A stretch of DNA of 64,000 nt from the human T2T-CHM13v2.0 reference genome, Homo sapiens (GCF_009914755.1 NC_060938.1); one strand, 5' to 3'. Shown: positions 1 through 15,431, counted from the stretch's first letter. Notes: generated by a model from the sequence alone, not told the origin. Translations and numbers: made by a program.

Positions 1-484
1 TAGAGTAAGACAGAGCGTGAGACCTGCTAGCTGAGGAGCTCTAAGAACCTTGTGCTTTGAAAGCCGATCTGCTTTGTGGTATTGAAATCCTCTGAGTCCA
101 TTACCTCTTTATTACAGGAAAGGTGTGTGAAAGACCCAGGACGTGTCACTACAGGACAAAAGATCTGGATGTTCAACCACAATCAAAGCTCTTGAGATCC
201 AGCAATTTCCTTGAACAATTTTTCTACCACACACACTTCTCAAAATATAGTGCATACCCATATTTAGGATTGTGGTAGAGGGCCATTACATGATCTTGAC
301 TGTATCAATAAAAGTCTCAGGGCAAATCTCTGGGGGATTCAGTGCAGATGGCCTGCCAGTTGGATGTGGAATCTGAGCAAATTATCCTTATATTCTGCTA
401 CTCATCTCCAAATAACAGGCTTGCATCAAACGGCCATCTATCTCAGACACTTTGCAATCTATGAGTCTGCAATAAAGAATGAAT

Positions 485-489
<5 letters not shown>

Positions 490-531
<42 letters not shown>
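490..531. repeat. (TG)n microsatellite
   Basis: Uninterrupted TG run of about 21 units. Confidence 0.97.
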
Positions 532-535
<4 letters not shown>

Positions 536-1078
536 AAAGAGGCATATATGTGGTTCACTTGGTTTATGTATGTGAGTTACTTGATTGCTTATATGGGAAT
601 ATTCTGAATACTTGATTAATTGAATAAACGAAATATAATTACATCATGTACAAAACTTTACATAGTTTCATCTGCTTGATCATTATTCCTGTAAGACTCC
701 ATAGTAATATCTAATTGTATTTTTAGTGAGGAAGCTATTTTGGCCTGACCTTCAAAACTGTCTTTGCATTTGGTAGGACAAAAGACTAGCAAAAAAAAGC
801 CCGAGGGGTTATTTTAAGTATTCTTATGAATTAGTGTTCCTCAGACTGTCTGGGTTAGCTGACTTGTGAAAAAACTAAAGGGACAGGATACTCAGTAAGT
901 ATGAATGTAACAGTTCACTCCTCAGTATTTCTGGAACAGGAAGGATTTTTCCTCATGCCCCCAACTGCCTCTAGCCAAACAGAAAAGCAAGAGGACAAAA
1001 TTCTTTAAATCTTAAAAGGAAGCTATGGGTAAGCAGTGACATATAGAAACTAGCACATAGGTCATCAATTTTGTATCA

Positions 1079-3337
1079 CTGGGATACTCATAATCAATCC
1101 CTAATGACTAATGACCAATTTTCGATAATAATAAACTATATAATCAAATATTATACACAAATTCATTGATAGTGTTTTCTGCCAGCCTGTAAGTGCCACA
1201 CCTGAAAAAACTTCAAACTTTAGTGTAGTTTCCATTTGGATCACCTGGGGGAAGTTTTGCACTATGGATCCGTGGGCTCCATTCCGGATATACTCATACA
1301 GAACGTCTGCACATGGAGCTCAGGATTCTGCATTTTCAAGCATTTCCTCAAGTGGTTCTGAAACAACCTGTCTCCAGCCCAACTTTGAGATCCATTTTTT
1401 ACCAAACTCTGGCTTCAGAAGCCTTCATGTACATCGGAAGTAATCTCAGTGTGGGGAAATTCCAAAGCACAGGAAGCGATGATACCATTTGCATTATTAC
1501 CCAGATGATTCTAGCTACATACACCTATTATCCAGCATTTATGTCTTGATATGAGGCTTCTATTCAGTTGACCCTATTGATATCCAAGTGTACACAACTG
1601 ACCTGTCAGGCTATAGCAACACTTCACTTATATGTAGGGAGAATTTGTGCAGGGCTTAGCTGAAGCTCATCATGGGGTATGAATTGACTTGGTCTTATTG
1701 CTATAACCCTTGGGTTCAGAAGACACTGAACAAATGCTTAAGAAACTGTTTTAGGTTAATGAATGGGGATATATTTAACTCCTCAGATAGCCAAAGAATC
1801 AAGAAGAAGGGATTGAGCTGGATGGCCCAATAGAAGTGTCCATTGATTGCACCCCCACACATACCAGCAGAAACACCACATTTAACAACAACTATCTACA
1901 CACAAAAAAGCACCTACATAGGAAATGAAAATCAAGTCAACAATCATAGTACCTATTTTAACTTCATATCACTGAAAGAGGCACTGAAGAGGTTAGGAAA
2001 GACAATTTTGAATCACTGAGGCCACCACTCCCCCATCTCCCAACAGCCACCACATGGAGCTGAGACAGAATCTGAGTGCATGGGGGAGGGAGAGTTTAGC
2101 AATTGTGGAAATCTGCATTGAACTCAGTGCTGCCCTGTCACAGCCCATCCACAGAAGGAGCATTTAGACCACCTTAGCCAAAGGGGAATTGCCTATCCCA
2201 GCGGTCAGACACTGAGTTTGGGAAAGCTTTGCCACAGTAGGCTAAAGTGCTCTGGGGTCCTAAATATATTTGAAACTCAATCTAGGCCACAAGAACTACA
2301 ACTACAAGGCAAGTCCCAGTGCTGTGCTGAGCTCAGAGCCAGTGGACCTAGACACCACTAGTGTGACACTTGTCAGGGCAGCTAAGGGAGTGCTTGCACA
2401 ACCGCTCCCCCAACCCCAGGCAGCACAGCTCACAGCAATGAAAGTGACTCCTTCCTTCTGCTTGAGGAAAGGAGAGGAAAGAGTAACTAGGACTTTGTCT
2501 TACATCGTAAAGATCAGCTCAGCCACAATAGGATAGGGCACCAGTCAGAGTCATGAAGCCACCATTTCAGGCACTCGCTCCTGAAGGACATTTCTAGACA
2601 CACCCTGCACCAGAAGAAAACCCACTGCCTAGAAGGAAAGGACCTAGTCCTTCCAGGATTCATCACCTGCTGACTGAAGAACCCTCAGGCCCTAAATAAC
2701 CAGCAGCAATACCCAGTAGCACACTCCATGGGCCTTAGGTGAGACTCTGAGATATGCTGGCTTCAGGTGAGACCCACCATACTTACAGCTGGGGCAGTCA
2801 TGAAGGGACAATTCTTCTGCTTGAGAAAAGCAGAGGGAAAAGTAAAGGGGACTCTGTCTTGCAGCTTAGATAGCAGCTCAGCTACAGCGGGGTAGAGCAC
2901 CAAGCCGGCTCTTGGATCCCCAATTCCAGATCTTGGCTCTTGGCTGGCATTTCTGGACCTGCCCTGGGTCAGAGGGGAATCCACTTCCCTGAAGGGTGAG
3001 TCCCAGGCCAGGCAGCATTCACCACAAGCTGACTGCAGAGCTCCGGGGCCTTAAGGGAACATTGGCAGTAGCCTGGCAGTATTCCTCTTGAGCCTGTGTT
3101 GGAGGTAGCAGTGGGGAGAGGCTCCTCTGCCCGTGGAAAGGTGAAGGAAGACTGGAAGGACTCCATCTCATGGCTTGAGTGCAAGCTCAGCCACAGTAAA
3201 ACAGAACACCACGTAAACTTCCCAGGTTTTTTACTTTGGTCCCTGGCTCTCAGACAGAACCTCTGGACATGCCTGGGCCTAGAGGACCTCATGACCCTGA
3301 AGGGAAGGACACAGCCTGGCTGGTATTGCCACCTGCT
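1079..3337 (+). repeat. Recent segmental duplication, copy 1 (copy 2 = 27181-29419)
   Basis: Near-identical from ctgggatactcataatcaatccc to ...tattg(c/t)cacctgct; the ORF track gives near-identical peptides (1313 vs 27414, 2270 vs 28370). Confidence 0.95.
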
Positions 3338-3365
3338 CTAGGACCTTGTAGAGCTTTAGGGCCTG
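1806..3365 (+). mobile_element. Truncated L1M/L1MA-type 5' UTR fragment
   Basis: Identical to the 5' part of the L1 at 27907-32922, which goes on into ORF1/ORF2; this copy stops at about 3365. Confidence 0.75.
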
Positions 3366-3714
3366 AGGCCCTTACTTCCAAGAAAGGAATAACTCTTTTC
3401 TAGTGAGCTGAACTGTAAAGCTCATAACACAAGTAGGTCCTCAGTGCATATTCACTTCCTTTCCTTCTTACCTGAGGTGCTGCAGTGTGAATCTGAAGGT
3501 GGCAGGTTCAACACTAAAGTGACGGACTGCAAGAAAGTTATGGTAGACTCAGAAATCTGTTCTTCAACATTTAGACTGTATTTATGCTGGCTGGATTTTC
3601 TGTTTATTCACCTATTATTCTCTACCCCTGTCAGCAACCAAGAAACTCGCAGCCCATCTCACGCTGTCTTAAAGGGAACCAAGAAGTTTTGGACTCTTGG
3701 CCTGCAGGAAGCAT

Positions 3715-3800
3715 GCAGCGCGGCGCCCCCTGCCGGCCAATACAACGGCCACGGGAACTGGCAGACCACTGAGGCTCTGGGCGGGGCGGAGTTGCCCCTT
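3715..3800 (-). promoter_or_regulatory. CpG-rich patch with CTCF motif and GC box
   Basis: 3721-3739 reverse complement is TGGCCGGCAGGGGGCGCCG, close to the CTCF consensus TGGCCACCAGGGGGCGC; GGGCGGGGCGG at about 3779-3789. Confidence 0.7.
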
Positions 3801-4352
3801 CTCCTCCCACTTCTCTAGCAGCGGCTTCTTCTGGTGACACCCCGGGAGCCACAGGGATTTGGTTCCCTAAAGGAAGCGGTTTCCCACCAGGGTATCGTCC
3901 CTAATACCCTCCGAAGGAGTCCATTGAGGAGAAAGGAACAGAACGTCTGGCAGAATGCAGAAGGACCCTATGATCCAGGACATGTAGCGCCAGCCATCAG
4001 GAGGTTTTATGAGAGCAGCTGGTGGGAAGATCAGTCCCAGGAGAAGGGGTTTGTCTAGCAGCTTGGTTGGAGCAAGCCTTTTCCAGAGAATTATTTCCGT
4101 AATTCAGGCTCCCTCCCAACCCTCCACTGCCACCTTATCCTCCACCAAAAGCCCTGACACTGTGGCAGGGATAGGGGACGTGGGGTTGGTGGGGAACAGG
4201 CTGTAAGAAAGACGCGGGAGCCTATATGTGTCTGGGAAAAATGAGGGGTCCACGTGCAAGGGAAGAAGCATTTACAAAGAAGACTTTGACAGTGCTGCAA
4301 AGATTTGAAGGCGCAGGGTGCAAGTCATTCAGGTGCCGGTGTCAGGAGGAAC

Positions 4353-4781
4353 CTAGCCATCCAGGTGAACAGATGCCCCCTTCTTGCAGCCCACTCGCAT
4401 GGGCCTGGTGGACTCCTTCTTATTTTTGGTAGTGGCAGTGAAGAGGTCGGGTCCCTGCGCTGGCAAAGCAGTCAGTGACATTGACATCATGAGTACTGTT
4501 GCGGCAGCTGCACATGGAGGGGCTGTTGGTACAGGGCAGTGGTGGAGTTCTGCAGAAATCTGCTATGGTGGTCAGATTCTATGAATGAATGTGTGGATCT
4601 GCTCGCATTTACCCCTATAGATCAGCCAACTGCGCCTCATCATCACATCACAGTATCGGTGGTGTCCTCTAGGGACCCACGACCTGGGGTTGTCTATATG
4701 TCGTGTTAAGAAGGGCAGGGCTGGAGTGAAGACAGTTAGGTCCAAAAGGAGGAAGAGGAGGAGGGTCCATATCAGATTCAT
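4353..4781 (-). pseudogene. RNase A-superfamily pseudogene (non-eosinophil type), two frameshifts
   Basis: Reconstructed: MNLIWTLLLFLLLDLTVFTPALPFLTRHIDNPRSWVPRGHHRYCDVMMRRSWLIYRGKCEQIHTFIH/fs/NLTTIADFCRTPPLPCTNSPSMCSCRNSTHDVNVTDCFASAGTRPLHCHYQ/fs/NKKESTRPMRVGCKKGASVHLDG*. Signal peptide, all 8 structural Cys positions, His12- and His119-equivalents present, CKxxNTF degenerate to CEQIHTF; acceptor ...ttcacaag|aaacATG. Confidence 0.9.
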
Positions 4782-5062
4782 GTTTCTTGTGAAAGCATTT
4801 CAAAGAAGAGCAGAGTCAAAAGAGCAAGCCATGGTCCCTTGTCCTGTTCCTAAGAAGTCTTGGCCCAACACTTAGTGTTCGCAGTTCTCCCCTCCTGCCA
4901 TTTCTACACTTATTCTTCGTGTACTCATGGCAACAAGTGTTCTCACATCCTTCTTCCACCTCCTTGTCAATAACGGAGATGGCTACCACCCTCTCAACCC
5001 TTTATGGGATTATCCTATGTACAAGGTTATTTCCAAACCCCAAAGTGATTCTTGCTCCTTAC

Positions 5063-5181
5063 CTAAGCAGACCAGTTAAACTAAAAACTTTCATCTCTGA
5101 GGTGTTTGCATCTATCAGTTCAACTGCCACTCACCCATAGCCTTGAGATGAGGCAGGCATGATTGCCAACCCCTTTTTAGA
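5063..5181 (-). promoter_or_regulatory. Putative non-coding exon 1 and TATA-like remnant of the 4.4-4.8 kb pseudogene
   Basis: Minus-strand donor TAG|GTAAGG at 5063/5062 gives a ~277-nt intron to the acceptor at 4786; TCTAAAAAGG at about 5172-5181. Mirrors the RNASE2 two-exon layout. Confidence 0.4.
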
Positions 5182-6170
5182 GTGACTTAACTCAGAAGGG
5201 AATTGACAGATTCATATGACCTGCATCTTAGAAAATATTTTCACTTCCTTAAATACAAATGTCTGTTTAAACGCTGTTTTTAAAAATGAGAGCATTTCAA
5301 TTTTAAGGGAGTAGAGTTTATGTTTCCCCCACATATTTCTCTGCCTCAAAATAAAGATTCCCAACTCTTCCATGTATAGAGCCTATCTTCCAGAAATGTT
5401 CTAATTCTTGGTGCTCAGGGATTCTGGGTGACTGTGTGTGAGCCTTCTGTCTCTAGCTCTAATATCTGACTCTTTTTTTAAATACCTGGGAGTTCCAGGA
5501 AAGGGTTTTCTGCAGAGCAGATGACATCCACAGAGATGGATATTTTTCTCTCAGAGGTTGATACTCCTAGTAGAAATGGAATCCCCGTTGCCTCTCTCCT
5601 TCCTCTAATCTTGTAGAAATTTCATTGTGGATATTTTCTTCCCAGAGGTTAGGGTGCAGGCCGTATGGAAAACTCTCAGGCCTGTCAATGATTTTAAACA
5701 GATTCCCAGGTAATGCTAATTTTATGCTTACTATTTCACACCTGAAATATTCACCAGCATCACACAGAGTGCCTATGACATCACTGCAAATATGCAGAAA
5801 CTTGGGGTTTAGTGTCTATCATAAGCTTGCTACTGGAGCTTGGCAAATCACCTTATCCTTCTACTCCTCATCACTAAAGTGAAGATTATAGACAAAAGAT
5901 CTCTTTCAGCTCTGACATTCTGTATTTTTCTATACATTACTGTGTGTTTGGGTTCATGTGTGATTTTGTATATATGCATATTGGTTTATACATGTTCAGG
6001 TTAGGAGAAATACTTAGTTTGCAAATTGAGTTTCCATTTCAGAATTGTTAATTTAATTAAGTGTAGTTTTTCCTTAAAGCAGTTATTAGCAAGGTCAAAA
6101 AAATTGAATCACTATTATGTAAAGATTACAGCATAATCTGTTTTTGTCTCCACCATTAAAGTTATACGGG

Positions 6171-6800
<630 letters not shown>

Positions 6801-7108
6801 TGAAATTATATATGTTTTTATTGAAGGAGAAGCTACTTGGAACTCCAGTCTGTATTTCAGTAAGGCAAGGGAAGAAATTAGTACGTACGTTTCTCAGAAC
6901 TCCAAAATCAGCTAAATTTAGGGACCTGTTAATGAAGGCAATAGGAGGAGTTGCGTATACAGTCTATCAACAAGGTGTGATGCAGTAGATTTCATAGTTT
7001 TTCTGTCTTAATAGGTCTCCTGAGCAGAAAGGCCTCAAAAGCCTTTTATATAATTAAGCAAAACTGACTAATCCATGGCAAGAAGCTGAGTTGAGATCTA
7101 ATACCTAG

Positions 7109-7478
<370 letters not shown>

Positions 7479-7641
7479 AGAAATGAACTCTTTTTGAACT
7501 TCATGCTCAGTTATTCTTGTTTAATTCACACAACCATTCTGACAGGTATTTATTATTATGACCACTTCTGTGGATTTCATAATTTCTTGTGTTTATAGCC
7601 TCACGTAACAGGCCATGTGTTTATAATATCCAGTCTGCTGG

Positions 7642-8056
7642 TGATATGGTTTGGATCTGTGTCTCCACAAAATCTCATGTCAAATTATCGTCCCCAGTGT
7701 TGGAGGTGGTACCTGGTGGGACATGATTGCATCGTTGGGGTGGATTTCTCATGAATGGTTTAGCACCATCCTCTTGGTGCTGTTCTTGTGATAGTGAGTT
7801 AGTTATGAGATTTGATTGTTCAAAAGTGTGCGGCACCTCCTCCCTCTCTCTCTTGCTTCTGCTCCCACCACGTGAGACACCTCGCTCCCCCTTTGCCTTC
7901 CACTATGATTGGAAGTTTCCTGAGGCCTCACTAGAAGCAGAAACCACTATGCTTCCTGTACAGCCTGCAGAACAGTGAGCCAATTAAACCTCTTTTCTTT
8001 ATAAATTACCCAGTCTCAGATATTTCTTAATAGCAATGCAAGAATGGACTAATACA
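7642..8056 (+). mobile_element. MaLR solo LTR (MSTA/MSTB-like)
   Basis: Starts TGATATGGTTTGG, ends AAGAATGGACTAATACA; flanks gctgg/gctgt form a 5-bp TSD with one mismatch. Confidence 0.85.
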
Positions 8057-8888
8057 GCTGTTATGCTCTGTTTGTCCGAGTACTATGAAAAAAGTCTTAT
8101 TACTCATAAGCAGTAGAGCTGTAATGCAAAACGATGTCCTGTATCTTAACTTTTTGAAGAGAATATGTCGCAGACAGCAGGATAAGGCAAGATGCAGAAA
8201 TTTATTCTGCAAAAAAAAGTGTCCTTATTCTGAAGAGACAGATGCCTTCATAGTGTGAGAGACTAACCTAGTCCTCCAAAGATAACCAGGAAGAAAAAAA
8301 CCACACTACCTAAAGTAATAAGTAGTTGTGATTAGTGGCAGTTATGGAAGAATGTATAGCTCAGCCAACAAATATTTACCACATGAGGAGATTTAGTTTA
8401 AGGCAAATACATTTGCTTAACTGACAATGTATTCTAATAAATTGAACACAGTAGGATGTTTTTACGGAAAGATGAAAACTTGCCACGAAAGCAGAAATGA
8501 GACTATATAGAGCAGTTTCACAGGATTTGCCCAACACTGTCTGGAGGAGAGAGACCCTGTATCTGACAGCCTTTAGCTTTCTGGTCATTGTGGCATGGGC
8601 TAGTTCATAAAGCTCTTCTGGGGCATTGATGAAACATCCCTCAAGACCACTTGCTTCTCTTTACTCTGATTAAATAATCTTCATACAGCATTTTGATAAC
8701 TGGTCTATCCTCACCAGTACTACTGTGTATTACTAGCACAGAAGACAAAATATTGAAATAGAGAGTCTTCAGAAGTAAACTATGAACAATGGCGATTTAG
8801 TAAATCTCATAATGCTGGCGTTTCTAACTGGTGAGGAAATAATGAATTGTTCAATCAATAGCACTTAGAATATTGGTGATCCATTTAA

Positions 8889-9249
<361 letters not shown>

Positions 9250-9337
9250 ATCATAGAATTTTAAAATTGGAAAAGAGGAAACAAAACTGTCACTATTTAC
9301 AGATATAATAGTGTACATTGAAAAATCTAAAAACAAT

Positions 9338-10621
9338 GTGTCGGGACTCAGAAACAATACTTCAAACTGTGGTGCTTTGGAATGAGGAGCACTCTGGGCT
9401 TTTTCTGTTGCTTGTTTTTAAATTTTTTAACAATATTTGTGTGGGTACAAATTTGGTGTATATATTTATGGAGTACATGAGCTATTTTGATACAGGCATC
9501 CAGGGCCTAATCACATCAGGGTAAATGGGGTATCCATCCCCTCAAGCATTTATCCTTTATGTTACAAAGAAGCCAATCATACTCTTTTAGTTATTTTAAA
9601 ACGTACAATAAAATTATTATTGATGAATGTCACCCTATATTTGTGCTATCAAATACTAAATCTTATTCATTCTTTTTTTTTCTTTTTTTTATTTTAATTT
9701 TTTTTGAGACAGAGTCTTCCTCTGTCACCCAGGCTGGAGTGTAGTGCCGTGATCTCGGCTAACTGCAACCTCTGACTCCTGGGTTCAAGTGATTCTCCTG
9801 CCTCAGTCTCTCAAGTAACTGGGATTACAGGCATGTACCACCATGCCCAGCTAATTTTTGTATTTTTAGTAGGAACGATGTTTAGCCATGTTGGCCAGGC
9901 TGGTCTCCAACACCTGACCTCAGGTGGTCTGCCCGCTTCAACCTCCCAAAGTGCTGGGATTACAGGTGTAAGCCACCACGCCCGGCCTAATCATTCTATT
10001 TTTTTACTCATTAACCATTCACTTCCCTCTCACCCTCCAATGCTAAGGTCTTTGAACTAAAGAAAATGAAAGGGTGTTAGAATCAGCCTCAGAACCACGG
10101 ACTTTCTTAACTTCTCCTGTTTTGCCCCCAAGTGCAGGATGAAACTCTTCCTCTCTGAAGTTACCTTATCCGAAGCTCCTCCAGAAAGAATCCAGTGGTC
10201 TTTGGTCAGCTCCCTGAGACTTTCTTAACCAGGGAAGATTAAACTCATGGCAGAAGGTAAGACTGAGGGATGTCACCACACCTAAGCAGACTTTGTCAGA
10301 AGCTGTTGTCTATTCTTTGTCATAATCCAAAGAGTTTCCAAAGAGAATAATTCACAAACTATGGTCAATTCTTTGGGCCCATTCAACTCTCCTAAAAACA
10401 ATTTCCTACTCCTCAAAATTGCCTACATTCCCCCATCTCTCTCTCTCCTGTGAAGAAGGGTATATAGATTCTGAACCTCGCTGGGTTACTGGGTAGTCAC
10501 TCTCTCGTCATTCCCCCATGAATACAATAAACTTGCCTTTTTCTCCAGTGAATCTACCGTCGGTTAATTTCAGCAAACTCAAACCTTAAAGGGAAAGGGA
10601 AATTCCCCTTTGCCCCTAACA
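9338..10621 (+). mobile_element. MER34/MER39-type ERV1 solo LTR interrupted by an antisense L1MA 3' end (~9410-10040) that itself carries an Alu (~9670-9987)
   Basis: TGTCGGGACTCAGAAACAATAC start, AATAAA at about 10526, ends CCCCTAACA; inner L1MA 3' UTR and Alu on the minus strand. Confidence 0.65.
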
Positions 10622-10696
10622 TGCAAATTAATTATTTAGATTAATAATTGCTAGATATAAAATTGGCATATGGTTTATTTATTTTTATATTTCAGC

Positions 10697-11220
10697 ACAG
10701 GGGAGGGAAAAATGACTTCCTTCCACCCTTTTAGGTTTTTTGTGGCTGGGCTACAAGTTAAATTACATAAGACGGATTAACACAAGAAAAACTGTATTAA
10801 AGTATGTGTGTATACATAGGAGTCCCACAAAAATATAAGACTCAAAGAAAGGCCAGATGAATAAAGCTTATATAGCATCTTAAGCTACAGAAAGAAACAG
10901 AGGCTTGGGGCTTCTGGAGGGTGGTGGTGCAAGTTACCGGAGCGTGAGAGGAGGAAACATATAGTAAATACATGGTAAATAAAGGTTGCCTTGTTATGCA
11001 GATAAGAGTCTCTCAGGGGATAAAAATTGCCTTGGAGCAGCTCTCTTCCTGATCAAAAACACCTTTACCAGTGAAAATTTATTGTATACATCTGAATTTC
11101 TTTTACAAAAGGGCAGCTTTTCAGAGCTAACTCCTGTGCAGGCAGTTTTTCTAAATAAATAGTTAATAATCAATATGCTAGAGAGGAATATTTTGGAGTG
11201 GTGCATTCTGAGCCCTAACC
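10697..11220 (-). mobile_element. MER34-type ERV1 solo LTR
   Basis: Reverse complement begins GTTAGGGCTCAGAATGCACCACTCCAAAATATTCCTCTCTAGCATATTGATTATT, like the MER34 5' end as recalled. Confidence 0.6.
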
Positions 11221-11447
11221 CCAGCAACAGGCAGAAACTGAAATGTTAAAATGATACAATTTGCAATACTATTAAAAATATTAAGTTCATAAGGAGAAAA
11301 ATTGGGAAAAGATAAAGAACTTTATGGACAAAAGTACAAAACTTTATTGTGAGACATTAAGGTAAATAGAAAGGTATAGCATGTTTATAGATTGTAAGAC
11401 TCACTAATTTAGATACATCAATTTTTCTGCAAATCGACCTATAGATT

Positions 11448-12445
<998 letters not shown>

Positions 12446-14149
12446 GATTTAGAACAATTCCAATCAAATTCTCAACCAAGTCTTTGTTTACTTATTTTGG
12501 GAACTTACTGATTCTAGAGGATATATAGATGTATAAGAATAGCAAAGACACCTCCAAAAAAACAAACTAAAAAACAAGCTGAGAGAGTTTGTTCTACCAG
12601 AATATATATAAAATGGAAAACAATATCTTGTTACATAAAAGCCTAGTATTGCTCGTTGACGGGCAGCCTTGTTCCATGTGTTATTCAGAGACACAGATTA
12701 CTTCCATCTTCTGATTCTGTCATCTCCTCATCCATTTCATATAGCTGGCAAACAGAATAGAAGGTGGAGAAGCACACTTTCTTAACTGCCTTGGCCATTT
12801 TTCACTGGCATCACCTTCAGGTAGGGAACTATAGTTCCTACCTGAGCTGTCGCTTCTCAGCATCAACTCTACACCATGCAAGGGTGAGCATAAGCCTGAG
12901 GGCAGCTAGTTACTACAGCTACAGCAATGTAAATGGTGTTGCCAGTTTCATCTTTGTCACAGATGAGATAAGAACAGATGCAATACAGTTGAAATATGAA
13001 AGTAGAGAGAAATCTAACACAGAGTTTCCCAAAAATGAGTTAGATGAGACCCAGGAACTTGTACAAACTCTCATCAGTGATTGACACCAGTGTCAACAAA
13101 CTTGCAAGGAGAAAAAATGGTCAGTCCCAAAACTGGACCTAAAACACTTTATCTTCTTATTAGAAAACAGCAGCAGCATTAATAATACTATACTGCAATA
13201 TCATATTTAGACTTATGGGCCAGAGAAGTGGGATGTGGAAATTAGCAATGAGTCCTAGAAGGACTATGATAATTGGATATTGGCTGCTCAAGAGATGCTG
13301 AGTAACCAAAAGAAGAGCTAACATGCGGGACAGCCTAAAAATATCATGTGAGCACACATTTAAGGAAGTCTACCCTGTGCCACAACGGTGCTGGGAGATG
13401 GACACAAAGATAACCAAGACATAGCCCCTTTCTCTCAGGAACTGTCAGTCCAGTGGTTCTGGTACCAGAGGGGGAGGACCCCCCCTTAGCAGGTGCAAAG
13501 GTGGGTAAAGTGATGATGGAGCTGTGGCCCACTAGAGGATGTTGCAAGTACAGACATCGGGATGGGGAATACTGGTTGTGTGGAGATGAGCTAGTCTTTT
13601 TGAAAATCATATTCCTGTTTTATTTGAAAAACCAATCCTCCACCTTGCTCCCGTCTGTGGCTTGGATGGACTGGCTCCACCCCAGCTCCAGTAATGAGCT
13701 ACTCAGTGTGTGTGTCTCATTAGATGAGATGGGCACTTGTCCCAGTCAGAGACCTTTGCTAGGAATATTGGGGGATGAAGGCAGGACTTCATCTTGAGAG
13801 AATGGAAGATGTGGAGTTGCTGCTGTCATCTTACAGATATACAAGGAACATCTGCCTGATAGTGGGACTATGATAGAGGAGAAAGAAACAGGAAAATATA
13901 GAGAAACCATGTACTGTTTTCATCATCTAAGTTCTGATAAGCTGCTCATTAAGCCATAACAGTGTGTTATGGCTTAGGATAGTTTAACTGTACATTCAGG
14001 TTCTTAGGCCCTCAGAAGAGATCAAGTTCTCGGGGGTAAGGGGTTTCAGTTGTGCTAAGTGGCCGAAAGAAGATTCTAGAGAATTTTGTCTTAGAAATCC
14101 ATGAGTGTCATTTATTCATTTCCATACTGGTAGCCTTTAATTTAATATA

Positions 14150-14663
<514 letters not shown>

Positions 14664-14679
14664 GAGAAAATTATTTTTA

Positions 14680-15430
14680 AGCAAAGACTTAGAGAGAGAG
14701 AGGAAGTTAGCTATGCACATTGTGGGTGCGGTGTGGTTAGGGTGGCCCTGAGATAGGGATATGCCTGGTGTGTTTACGGAACAGCTAAGAGGCCAGGGAA
14801 CTAGAGGAAATTGAGTGGGAAGGAGAAGAGTAGGAGATTAGTTTTGAAAAGCAAATGGTTTGGGAATATGGATCATGTAAGAGCACATGAGATTTTATAA
14901 GGATTTCATTTTACTCAGGGTGAAATGAAGAAGCACTAAAAGATTTTGAGTAGAGTTTCATGATCTGACTTATGTTTTAAAAGGACCCTCTAGCTGCTTG
15001 GGCTATCAGTGGTGGAAGCAGGAAGGCCAATGAGAATGCTTTTCCAGTAATTCTAGCGAAAGGTGATGGTGGCTCAGAATGGTGGTAGCAGTGAAGGCCA
15101 TGAGAAGTGGCCAGATTCTGTGTGTGATTTGAAGGCAGAAAAAGACTTCCCTGACAGGTTGGATGTGGGATATAAGAGAAAAGAAGGTTATTCAACAATT
15201 AGAGAAAATGGACTTACCTTCTCTTGAGATGAGGAATACTGAGGGAGGAACAACTTCGGGGGAAGAGTAGGAAAAGATGATCAGTGTTTCCTGGGGACAT
15301 GCTAGGTTTGATATACTTATTAGACATTTAAGAAGAAATGTCACATAGAAAGTTGCTGTACAAGTATAGGGTTCAGGAGAGAGAGGTGTACTGAAGATTT
15401 GGGCATTGTTAGAAAATTAATGATATTAAA
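14680..15430 (-). mobile_element. L2 LINE fragment (shared with paralogues at 36.9-37.8 kb and 41.5-42.2 kb)
   Basis: Purine-rich L2 3'-region motifs such as ggggacatgctaggtttga...ttagacatttaag, repeated at 41925. Confidence 0.65.
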
Positions 15431-15431
15431 A

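Noticed and set aside
1313-3341. Near-identical ORFs shared with 27414-29565 taken as conserved genes
   Set aside because: Similarity reflects the recent duplication of MER5-like and L1 5' UTR sequence, not coding constraint.
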